Assembly: GCA_011109175.1 (NCBI GenBank)
Contig: RDEW01000004.1
Location: forward strand, 205,842 to 269,841
Reading direction: 5' to 3'
DNA length: 64,000 nt
DNA from: Dicyema japonicum
Lineage: Eukaryota; Animalia; Dicyemida
The notes beneath the pieces were generated by a model. The model saw nothing but the letters and a program-made list of their open reading frames with translations, was not told the origin of the DNA and made no database searches. The translations under genes were made by a program, and so were the position numbers. Position 1 is the stretch's first letter; every line of letters starts with the position of its first letter. Of this stretch, positions 50,235 through 61,508 are shown in pieces.

Positions 50235-52820
50235 TTTTATTTAAGCACTTCACGAGAGCCATACTAATTATAGCCCCGCATGTGCAGCAAAAGAAACAAG
50301 GTTAGATGTCATCCTGTTCCATGCTCCCCTGTTCCTAGCCAAGGCTCTCATTTTGTCCAGGTCGTCGGCATTTTTTAGATTTNNNNNNNNNNNNNNNNNN
50401 NNNNNNNNNNNNNNNNNNNNNNNNNNNNCTTCTTTCTTTGGTATAACGGTCTAAGTTCCTTCATAGCGGCTTCCAAATAAATTGTGAATAGTAGAGGAGA
50501 AAGAGAGTCTCCTTGTGGAGTGCCTGTATTTGTTTCAAATTTTCTTGAATAGGTTTTTCCGACTCCCACAAGAAGCTCAGTGTTAGAAAGTAGAATTCAG
50601 ATTATCCTTAGACTTGATTCATCAAGAAATCCGCTCAGTATTCCCATTAATTTGTTCCTGTTAACCGTATCAAAAGCTCTTGATAGGTCAATTCCCAGAA
50701 TATTGGTGGCGTTACGGTATCTTTGATATGTTGCACACCTTCATCTGTGACTCCAGACCGCATCAGCTGTGGATCTCCCTATCTGGTAAGTATTTGTAAG
50801 CAGATCCTTTTAATCGTTCAAGCACAATGTTTGTCAAGACTTTGCGTAATGAATTTAGTAGTATGATGGGTCGCAAATTTTCGAGCGGTCCTCTGTTTTT
50901 GCTGGTCTTTTGTATGAGGATTAGCCGTACCCAGAGGTAAAGTTGAGTTAGTTGAAAACATTTCATTTAGTAGTGTAGCGATTTTTCAAAAAGGAGGTCA
51001 GGGCCGTTTTTCAGTAATTCTGGGTTATCGCATCTGGTTCTGTTATTCTTGAGTTTTCGGCAGGCCGTTTTGATTTCCTCGGCCGTGATTGGTATCTCCA
51101 GGGGTCTTGGCCTTCCATCAAATGGGTGGATTTCTATGGTTTTGATGTTGAAAAGCTTCTCAAAGTGAGCCGCGATAACTTCAGTTTGTTCTTTGGTGTT
51201 CAGTATCAGCTTACCGTTCTCGTCTTTTATGGTTAGTCGACTTCGGTTTGTTCGCCGCAGCAAACGGGCAGCGACGTACACCTGTGCGTTGTCTTTCACT
51301 TTGTTTACTTATATACAGGAAGTTATTTCTTCTATGAAAAGCTTCTTGTTCAGACCCTTTATTTTTCTTCTGACACGTTGTCTTTCGCTTTGAAGGGCTT
51401 TTATAGCATTAGTGTCAGTGGCATTTGATTTTCTCATATTTATTTCTTTTAGACTTTTCGCAAGCTCAGGAACATCTGGATGAATGACCTTCAGGTGCAT
51501 TTTACTATTCTCCCTTTTGCCAAGACATGCTTCAGCAGCTTCGTTGATGGTGTCCTTTGTGCGTTTCCAAGCGTCTTCTANNNNNNNNNNNNNNNNNNNN
51601 NNNNNNNNNNACTTTTCGCAAGCTCAGGAACATCTGGATGAATGACCTTCAGGTGCATTTTACTATTCTCCCTTTTGCCAAGACATGCTTCAGCAGCTTC
51701 GTTGATGGTGTCCTTTGTGCGTTTCCAGGCGTCTTCTAGCGTGATATCTACCAATACGTCCTGCAGATTAGTCTGAATGTATTGTTGGTATCTCTCAGTA
51801 GTCTCCGGTTGAGAAATTAGCCTTTCAGTCGCGTAGTCGCCTCTGATTTTCTCAAATTCGTGATTTTTTGCATTCTTGTATTTAATGGCATGTTTTTTCA
51901 GGGTGAAGGTCGCAATGACCATCTTGTGGTCGCTGACAGTCGTCGAGCCTTCATATGAACGTGCGTTTACTAGAAGGTGTTTGTCTTTAGCCCGACATAT
52001 GACATAATCTATTTGGTTGTATATTGGGACCAACTTTCCTTCTGAGTTCCTTCGCTTCCCCATCTACGTAGTTTTGTGGCAGGCAGGATGCAGTATTGCA
52101 TAGAAAAAGGTTGTTTGCCATACAAAAGTGACCAAGTATTGTCCTGGGTAAATTTCTTATTTCACGTCCATGTTCTCCCAAGAAAACATCATCCGGGTTA
52201 TTCTTCATCCCGATTTTTGCATTCAAATCCCCAGCAATGAGTATTAGTGATGACAACTCATATTCATTGTACGTCCGTAACAGTGTTAAATAGAAGTCGT
52301 CTAGTTCTGTCGGATCTTCCGCTACTCTCCCCCAGTGTGGCGCATAAACATTTACAATTGTCAGAAAGCTCTTCGAAGGAGGTAAGTCGTTTATCCGGAT
52401 TTGTATAACACAGATCCTGTCATTCACACTCCATATACGGTGGACTGCACTTGTCAACTTTGAGTGGATGGCAAATCCAAGTCCATAATGTTTTGAGTCG
52501 CTCGGCTGACATATAATTCGATATTCGCCATAGTTCTCATCAAGGCTACAAGTAACTTTCGTCTCTTGTAGGCACCCAATAGATACGTCGTATCTCTCCA
52601 GGTCGTCACAGAGATTCTTCCTCGACCAGGTCGTAGATAAGCCTCTAGCATTGAACGTAAGGACCTTTAGACGAGATACATCCCTTTGTATCCATTGCCT
52701 TTTAGACATTTTTCTACTGAGGTGCGATTCTTACACCGAATATCGTCTCTTTAATAATTTCCAGGATTTATTTGCGATCCAATCAAGAAACGAGGAACGT
52801 CACCACCTCACCAAAAAAAA
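50235..52820 (-). mobile_element. Near full-length RTE LINE (APE + RT), with N gaps
   Basis: VLTFNARGL, GCLQETK, NVYAPH, IAGDLNAK, NQIDYV, SDHKMV, LRPIILLNS, GTPQGDSLSP; 3' tail catgcggggcta...gtgaagtgcttaaataa. Confidence 0.9.
50383..50428. other. Assembly gap (other gaps at 51581-51610; single N at 46212, 58123, 60819)
   Basis: Runs of n in the sequence. Confidence 0.99.
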
Positions 52821-52934
52821 TATTTTTTTGAATTTTCTGTCTTAATTGAAACTTAAATGGATACAATCGTCTAATCTGGAATTTTAAATTGTTTAAAATA
52901 TGGGCCATTTTGCGAGACAATCACAAGGGCCGTC

Positions 52935-53270
52935 ATCATATAACGATTTACGGCGTGGCGCCATGTAGGGCTGCGTGGTTAATTGGTTTAATTTTTCTGC
53001 TTGCTTGTCTGTTTTTTCTCTCTTTTTCTAATAGAATGACGTCATGTGATCCACCTGTCTAGGTGACGCCCAGTGCCAGGCCGGAATGAAAAAGGATCAT
53101 TTGCTCTTCCCCACTCCACTGGAGGGGTTTCCACAACTGCAACTATGGACGTCTTTTACCCTTTATGTTGATTCCGGATGGACTCTGTTTCTGTAAAAGT
53201 GGAAACTGGATACACTTTATTAGTTGTTTACTTTAACTTCTTTCTCGGTGTATCCGGGGTTAATAAATAA
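52935..53270 (+). mobile_element. SINE-like family A, full copy
   Basis: Closely matches 6795-7108; candidate TSD aagggcc(g/a)t. Confidence 0.75.
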
Positions 53271-53274
53271 AGGG

Positions 53275-53490
53275 CCATACTACGAAACAAAGGAACCTAT
53301 TCACTCCGAGTGAATCTCCTCAAGACAAATAAACATATTACAAACGAAGGAACCCATTACATGGTGGAGAAACATATCACAAGTCGGAAGGATATGTTCA
53401 CAATTACGAAGGAACCCATTATACTGTGGAGAAGCATATCACAAGTCGGAAGGATATATTCACAATTACGAAGAAACCTATTGAAAGCGC
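53275..53490. repeat. ~60-bp minisatellite, about 3.5 units
   Basis: Unit acgaaggaacccatta...ggaga.catatcacaagtcggaaggatat.ttcacaatt. Confidence 0.7.
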
Positions 53491-53989
53491 AGTAGACGAA
53501 GGGTCAAAATCTCTGGATATTCTCCAAGTTGGACCTGGTACCCACAACAATTGAATCCCTACATTCGAATCCGGGTCTACACGGAACTTTGTCATTTTCC
53601 GGACTTTGATCCCTACAGGACCTGGGACTATCGTAGATGTACATACTAGAGTTGGGACCTACAGGGGGTACCCATATTAAATGTTCTTTACATTCGAATT
53701 GGGTTCTACGCAAGATTTTGTTAACCATATTATTGGTCCCTAGAAGGCGGCTTGGGACTACTGTGGAAAAAACATACTGGGGAAGGGGACCTACTAAGGG
53801 AGAACTAACTGGAGATGGACTTACTAGCTTTGTACCTACTACGCTCTGGATATAAGGGCAGGATTCATGGGATCCAACACTAGGACGAAATTCAACCAAC
53901 GATAGAAGATAAATGGAGTGTGGATACATCGGAAGTGTCTAGGCCACATAGGTGGACACGTTTAAATATCTTTAAAATAACTCCTTACT

Positions 53990-54660
53990 TTGGAATAAAT
54001 TTGGTTTCGTTTGGTTGGTTTGATAAATTCCTACTGCTTCATGGATTGTGAATTTCAAGAAATTCAAGAACAAATCAAAAATTTGTATTGATACTGGAGC
54101 GATCAAATGCATGGAACAGTTACAATATCTTGGAGTTTGTGTGAACTCGAAGGGTTCCTTCATTAATTATATTAAGAAAAAGAAGAAAAAAGCTACGGCG
54201 ATGTTGAAATCACTTCTACGTTTTCAATTGAGTCCGGAAACTTTTCTTTATGTGTATACAGCTTGTATAAAACCATTCTTGATTTATGGCTTCCAAGGAT
54301 GGTTTGAAAGTGATGAGAGAAGTACTATTGTAGAGCTTCTCGATAAATCGAGAAGATATGCTATTAAACTGGCATATGGACTTGATTTATAGTCTAAATT
54401 ACCGCCAAGTGATGAGAGATGTGCAAGATCTATTGAGGAAATATTGCACCACTTAAAAAATAATTTTTGTTGGATGCAAGGGGTCAATTATTCAAAGAGG
54501 AGGCATATGGTGTCTCGTTAAACCAGACCCCATCAACGAGGACAAACTGTTGGCTTCTCTCTTTTTAATTAGTTTTTAATTAGTAACGAGTTTGTTATGT
54601 TAATAAAGTATCTATCTAGATAAGTTCGACTTGTGAGTGTCTTAAGACTATTCGTTTAAT
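53990..54660 (+). mobile_element. APE-type LINE RT C-terminus and 3' UTR
   Basis: LQYLGVCVNSKGSF...YVYTACIKPFLIYG...RRYAIKLAYG. Confidence 0.6.
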
Positions 54661-54969
54661 GGAGGCATATGGTGTCTCGTTAAACCAGACCCCATCAACG
54701 AGGACAAACTGTTGGCTTCTCTCTTTTTAATTAGTTTTTAATTAGTAACGAGTTTGTTATGTTAATAAAGTATCTATCTAGATAAGTTCGACTTGTGAGT
54801 GTCTTAAGACTATTCGTTTAATTTCGAGCAAAAAAAATCGATATTGCAGGTAGGCATAGTTGCAAGTAACGCTTGCGACATGATAGCAGATTTGCTGTAA
54901 ACATCCATGAGAGTAACAATTCATTTATACCCATAATTTGAATTATTAATTTTTTTAACTTTCTTAAAC

Positions 54970-57003
54970 TTGTTCATCGTTATCCAAGCGAGGGCTTTCC
55001 TTTTGGCAATATCTTGACTGTCTCCAAATAAAGAACCAAGTTTGTTCGTTTTTCGCCATGTTTCACTTGATCTGCTTTCCATTCTCCTGAATTCCACAAC
55101 ACTCTGAGATTTGCGTTAGATAGCAATATTCTGATCATACTGACAAAATCAGGTTCAAAGAATTGCTCCAGTATCCTAAGGAGTAGACCAGATGGACCAT
55201 GTCAAAGGCTTTAGAGAGGTCTATTCCCAGGACTGTTATTGCACTTTCAAATCTCTGGTTGATAGCTCGGAGCCACTTGTGACTCCATACTACATCCGCA
55301 GTGGATCTTCCTGTTCTGAATCTACTGTGACTAGGTGATAGATAGTTGCCCACTTGTTTTTTGATTCGGTTGAGCGTAACTAACGTCAGAAGTTTCCGTA
55401 AAATGTTTAGCAGGATTATTAGGACGTATGTTTTCAACAGGCCTGACATGCTTTAGGTTTTTGTATAGGTATTAATAGTCAGGAGCCAAGAGAGGGGTAT
55501 TCTTTTTATAAACATAGAGTTGAGTAGTTACGCCAGTTTGTTTGTTAGTGCAGGTTGCCCGTATTTGACAAGTTCTGGATTGATTCCATCCGGTCCAGGG
55601 AAGTGGACATTCTTAAGTTTGTCCATCTCATTTGAGATTTCGCCAGGTGTGATAGCTTTATCGAGTTGGGTGGCTATCCACAAATATGATCAGATATTTC
55701 TCCGCAGACAGTTAATATATCTTAGAAATACGACGCAGTATATTCAGCCTGATCTTTGGGATTTGTTAAGAATTTTCCATTTCCGTCATGGAGTTTGAGT
55801 TTGTTCGTTTGTTTTCTTCTTTTGAGTAGACGGATTGCAGTGAACATTTATGATGAGTCTTTGAACTGTTCAAATTAGATCAAGTAGGTTAGTGGCGTGC
55901 TTCTTATTCAAAAGCTTTATGGTTTTCTGGGTAAATCTTCTTCTAGACTTCAAGGTTTGTTTCTTGTCCGGATCAGACGTATTTTCCAGTTGTAATCTTA
56001 GTTCCCTTTGTTCTTTAATGAAGGCGGGAACATCTGGATGTATACATTTTTAAACAGTGCTGGGAACCAGATTCCGATACTTCCATTTGGTGCCGAAAAG
56101 ATCCCTTTCATTGTCTCCGCCCAGGTGCCTCCTGGAGAAAGTCCGGGATCCAGGTTTTGGAGGAATTCGTAATTGATATTTGGTAGTTGTCTCTGATCGA
56201 TGTAGAGTAACACAGTTGTTCCATTTTATAGCTTCTTCTTACATCTACGTTTGGCTCTCTTCTTATTATGTCAGTCAAAGTCCTCGTTGTGAACTTGGCA
56301 GTAACTATCTTGTGATCACTGTCGATAGCTGCACCTCCGTAAGACCTTGAGTCACGTAGGAGTGATTTTTCTTTGACTCGGCAGATGATGTAGTCAATTT
56401 GGTTGAAAATGTTAATAGAGCCTTCGGTAGGTAAGAATCGTTGCCCAGTCCATGTCGTTTTATGACTCGCGGGATGTTGGAAACTAGTATTATATAGGAA
56501 CAGATCAAATGACTATCAAAGCTCTGCCAAGATGGTTCCCGGAAAGTTTCTGATTCCTCTTCCTTGCTGGCCAATGAAGTTTTCATTTCCTATACGGGTT
56601 CCCATTTTGGCATTCCAGTTTTCGGTAATAATAAGTATGATGAACAGAAGTCTGTTAATGTCCTTCCCAATTCCTCGTAGAACAGGTCGAGTTCTACGGA
56701 ATTTTAGTATACGTCCATTGTGTGGTGCGTAAACGTTGATAATTGAGATTAGTCTCCTCGAATTTTTATTTGATCTTGTACGTAGTTGTAAGAAACTGAT
56801 TCTGTCATTGACTTTCCAGTAACGATATACTCTGGGAATATATTTTTGTGTATGGCAAAGCCTTGTCCATAATTCCTCGATTCCGAGGGAAGCAATATTA
56901 ACCTGTAATTTGCATTTCATCGAGTCCATTTTTATTTTATTAAATTGTTCTGAATCCTTTGTAGACATAGGTGCAAGAGAGGGACGTCACCATTTCAACC
57001 AAA
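54970..57003 (-). mobile_element. Decayed RTE LINE including its 5' end
   Basis: INVYAPHN, RNFPG, FRTGRSTADVVWSHKW, GIDLSKAFD, KTNKLGSL; 5' motif ttggttgaaatggtgacg. Confidence 0.8.
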
Positions 57004-57519
57004 GTTATTCATTATCATTATTAAGCACTTTTGCGATGCCATGAATCATGACAAAGCTTGTCCAGCACAGGAAACAATAAGAGTTATAAATTTCTTTTAT
57101 CTTCTCCTGTCCTAGGCAACGTCCTGAAGGCGTCAAGGTCGTCACCGTCTTTTAATTGTATCCCCATTCTTCGAAGGTCTCTATCCAGCGTAACCTGAAG
57201 AGTATTTCTCATGGTCCCCCTGAAACGAGGTCCGTCAGCTTCGAAATAGTCCTCCATGGCAGTATTTGTCGGTTTTCTTAAATCCATTCTTAGAATGTGT
57301 CCGAATAGTCTCTATTTGCATGCCGTATTTTTAGTGAAATAGGTTTGCTTGATGTCCTGGTACAGTGCGACCCCGAATTGGGGAAACCCTCTTTTTGGGG
57401 AAAGCCTTGCTTTTAAGGAAATATTTTTCGCCATCCCTATAAAATACGATGAATTTTTTAAAGAAATAAACCCCCTACTGGAGAAAAATTTTATATTATA
57501 ATAATCGATTCGGTAAGGA

Positions 57520-57950
57520 TTCGGTATTTATATTCCTTACCGACTTCTCCGTTCACTCTGGGATATTTCAATTGCAGAGGATCAACCTTACAAGAAACAC
57601 CAACTGGTATGTGAGCTAACCAAATATGACGTCTCTGTATACTGTCTACAAGAGACAAAAACGACCGTACAATGTACAGAATTGTTTGGAAAATTCCACT
57701 TTTTTATCCTCCCGTCGGGCTGCCGACATTATGGTCTCGGATTTCCAGTCCATCAGGACCTGATTCACTACGTTGCAAGAGTGTGGACAGCATCTGACAT
57801 TATAATGGAAATGGCAGACGACTTGGCCTACCTAAGAGAACTAGTGCGCAACAGAAGATCATGGGCGAAGCTGACGTAGAGGATGGTTGGGACAAGTTAA
57901 ACTTAACTAATTTTATGTTTTCTCGGGAGTGCGGTTTAATAATAATAACC
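57520..57950 (+). mobile_element. Second copy of the bipartite non-autonomous RTE
   Basis: Same junction ..gcatctgacattataatg.aaatggc.. as at 17830-17860; translates RVWTASDII|MEMADDLAYLRELVRNRRSWAKLT. Confidence 0.8.
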
Positions 57951-58002
57951 TGTTTTACCAAATTTATTATCAATAATTTTGAAATTTATTTAAGCTGGTA
58001 AG

Positions 58003-58396
58003 TTAGTTAACTAATGAATAAAAATTAAATTAAGGCATCTGAATGGCCATGCTATTTCCCCTAACAATAGCCAACGAGATACGTTCTCGGAACCAACCAG
58101 TCTCTCGCGGATCCTTGGTCACNCGGCACGACCGGCACGACCACGAGGGAAGTGATCGAGCAATTTTCTTGGATAGTTTTTCACAACCTATGTGGTAGTA
58201 ACCAACACATACAGAACATCGAATCCCGCACTTGCGAGAATTGGATACTCTGCACCCTTTGCATGAGGTGTCTTGGTGTAGTACATCATAAAAAACAGAC
58301 ATGAATAGATAATATGAGAGAGAACTGTATATATTAACGACGACAACAACAACAACAAATCTCCACGCGATTCTCAACAAATCTAACTAATTAACT
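58003..58396 (-). mobile_element. CRE-like mini element: PHD finger joined to the last RLE helix at an N
   Basis: CKGC...CSVCVGYYHIGC...WSCRSC(n)VTKDPRETGWFRERISLAIVRGN; 7-bp TSD tggtaag. Confidence 0.7.
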
Positions 58397-60319
58397 TGGT
58401 AAGGAATTGTAATTATCAATTTTTAAAGTTATTCTATAAATTTTAGAAAGCGAATGCCTAGAAAACTAAATCAAAGTGAAATGATGAGAATTTGCAAGGA
58501 TATACAGTCAGGTAAGGATAAATTGATTTGTGAAAGATTTAACATCTACAAAGAAATGCTATACCGACTAATAAAGAAAAGGGAAGGAATCCTAGCTCAA
58601 GGCTTCTCAACATCCAAAGGGACAATTGGATACGAATTGAGTGCCCAAGTTTACGAGATTTTTCGTAATTTCAGGTCGAAAGATTTCCCAATCAATGGAC
58701 CAATTTTAAAGCTAATTGCACGTAAATTGCATATAGAAATTCAAATCAAGATTTCACTGCTTCCAATGGATGGCTTTACAGATTTAAGAAGCAATTCGAA
58801 ATAAAATTCAGAATATTACATGGCGAATCACAATCAGCTGATAAAGGAGGTGCGGAAAACTTCCGGTCGACTTTCAATGATTTGCTTGAGAAATATGAAG
58901 AAAACATTTTCAATTGTGATGAAACTGCATTATTTTATAAAGCCGTTTCCAAAAAGAGTTTTTTAAAGAAATGAGTCACACAGCGGACATAAAATAAGAA
59001 ACGAACGTATGACACTTCTTTTGTGTTGCAGTTACACAGGAGAAAAATATAAACCGCTTATAATTGGGCGTGCGAAGTCACCAAGAGTATTAAAAAGTGT
59101 GAATAAAGAAATCGGCATTGAATATTATGCTTCATGCAAAGCCTGGATGACAAAAAATATTTTTTAAAGTTTTTTATCTCGATTTAACGAGGAAATGAGG
59201 AAGAAAAGAAAAAAATAGCATTTTTAATTGACAATGCAACTTGTCATGCTGTTTCTGCCCAAAATTCAAACGTAGATGTAATATTTTTTCAAAAAAACAC
59301 AACTTTTGTAATTCAGCCATGTGACCAATGGATAATACAGGCATTTAAGAATCATTTCAATAATTGGATATTGACAACGATTATTTATGATAAAAATCCT
59401 GTAGCTCAAATAGATGAAGCAATAAAGGGAATTACAATATTGGATGCTATTTCATGTTCGAAATTGGCATGGGGCGAGATTACAGAAACTTCAATACGAC
59501 ATTGCTTTGGAATATGACTGTCGGGAAAAAGAGGACACCTGAGAAAGTCTGATTGATTGGGATATTGTGGAAAAAACGATTTTGGAGAGCTTCTAGGATG
59601 ATAATAGTAGTGATGAAGAGGGCTGCAGCGAGCAATTTCTGGAACATTTGGATGATCAACAATTTATAAACAATGCGGAATGCGCATTCACAATGCTGCC
59701 AAATGTGATTAAGCAAAAAACTCCGGAAAATACCTTGATCTATACAGATTCAAAGCAAATATTATGAGTCGATGCGAAAAAAACAAAACACTCGATTAAA
59801 ATTAACAAATTTTTCATTAACAAATAAAAATTGTAATTATCCGTCTTGGTTATATTATTAAGGTTGGATATCGAACAGGGGAGACCCAAATTTAAGGGAA
59901 AAAAATTCCCCAATTCGGGGTTGCACTGTATAAACTATTTTGCTTCTGAGCCTTGAATGCCATGTCGAGGCTAGAGTACGTCGAAGCTGATCTTTATGGA
60001 ACGAGTCTAGATTGTGATTGTCCGTATTAGAAAGTCCCCATGTTCCGACATTGTAGAGGAGAATAGGCTTCACCAGTGAATTATATAAACGTATCCGTGT
60101 TTGTGTACTCAATCCTTTACGCTTTTATCCAGTTTTCCTTTAGGCTGCGTAGTGCACTGTTCGAATGTGTTTTCCGCATAATTACGTCTTGTTCATCTCC
60201 CAACAACGATCCGAGTTTCTTTACTTTTTTTAGTTAAAATAAAAATTAATTTTTTTAACTTTAATTTTTATTTAAATAATAAATAAATTCAATTCATAAT
60301 TATAACAATTGCTGTGAGA

Positions 60320-61508
60320 ATGCTCCAATTACTAGGTTTACAAAATAAATTAATAATAGGAATATATACGTGTTTAATAATCAATAAATCAATGATGAAG
60401 AATACTTTTAAAATGTTGTATAATAATGCACCTCTGTGGGGTGTATTAGAAGACGACCGAGTTGTAATGTTATTTAGTGGAATAATTGAAGTTACATATA
60501 AAATTAATAATACTGTAATCACATTATATTTAATTAGATTAAATATGAAAATTTAAATGACGCAATTTTTAATTTTGAAAAAATAGGACGATTTGATTTT
60601 GACCTTAATTGGAAGAAAAATTACATAATTTTTGAAATATTGTTTAACTTTTTATCAAGTGACATATATGTTTCTTCTGGATTAACATGGATTGCCACTA
60701 ATATAGGTTGTTTAGTTGAATATAACAGCATTTCGGCTAACGGTTATTATAACTGCAGTGAGATGGTTATAAATACTCTTAATATTGGAATTGTAAAAAT
60801 AAATGACATGAAATTCCANTTGTAATGTTATTTAGTGGAATAATTGAAGTTACATATAAAATTAATAATACTGTAATCACATTATATTTAATTAGATTAA
60901 ATATGAAAATTTAAATGACGCAATTTTTAATTTTGAAAAAATAGGACGATTTGATTTTGACCTTAATTGGAAGAAAAATGACATAATTTTTGAAATATTG
61001 TTTAACTTTTTATCAAATGATATATATGTTTCTTCTGGATTAACATGGATTGCCACTAATATAGGTTGTTTAGTTGAATATAACAGCATTTCGGCTAACG
61101 GTTATTATAACTGCAGTGAGATGGTTATAAATACTCTTAATATTGGAATTGTAAAAATAAATGACATGAAATTCCAAATATTGAAACAAAATAATAATAC
61201 AAATTTTACTGGAAATGGTAACTTACAATAACCGACATTTAGCTCTCGGATGTGATTTTGAAAGAAATATCAAACCCCGTACGAGTGCAAAATTAAAGAC
61301 AACTACAACTCAAAGTTATATAACAACTCATGGTAGTCAAAGTACTATTAACTTTCATGCATTCAGTAATATTATGTCAAATTTAGAAAACAAATCTCCA
61401 GTACCAGTTTGTGTAATTGGTGGAATTGTTGTGATATTTGCTGTCATTTACTTATTAAAATATAAAAGACGTCATTATCCATTACAGGTTGGCATATTCA
61501 ATTATTAA
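60320..61508 (+). CDS. LAMP-like type I membrane glycoprotein (internal 357-bp duplication at N 60819 is probably an artefact)
   Basis: Hydrophobic N-terminus; IEVTY, GYYNCSE, MKFQ, NFTGNALGCD; Thr/Ser-rich stalk; TM VPVCVIGGIVVIFAVIYLL then KYKRR; 23-25 nt introns; many NxS/T sites. Confidence 0.45.

Larger units (their letters stand above)
48526..54880 (+). mobile_element. Ginger2/TDD-like DNA transposon (integrase ~48700-49800) expanded by nested inserts
   Basis: ~50-bp TIRs TGTCGC..GCGTTACTTGCAACTATGC..CTATCTG.AATATCGATTTTTT; TG...CA ends; 5-bp flanks taata/tgata; HxxxH..CxxC, FQIDLID, LRSDNGSEF, SQGIVERFNQT. Confidence 0.7.
57363..59928 (+). mobile_element. pogo/Tigger-like DNA transposon (transposase ~58454-59760, decayed)
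   Basis: TA|CAGTGCGACCCCGAATTGGGGAA ... TTCCCCAATTCGGGGTTGCACTG|TA; PINGPIL, FNCDETAL, LIDNATCH, IQPCDQ. Confidence 0.9.
57010..60240 (-). mobile_element. 5'-truncated RTE LINE split by a pogo insertion
   Basis: RIRLYNSLVKPILLYNVGTW...KIVY (right flank) continues as TRTSSKPISLKIRHA..RLFGHILRM (left flank) once 57363-59930 is removed. Confidence 0.8.

Noticed and set aside
60462-61177. 357-bp tandem duplication within the LAMP-like gene
   Set aside because: The junction is an N and the copies differ by only a few SNPs, which is typical of overlapping haplotype contig ends.
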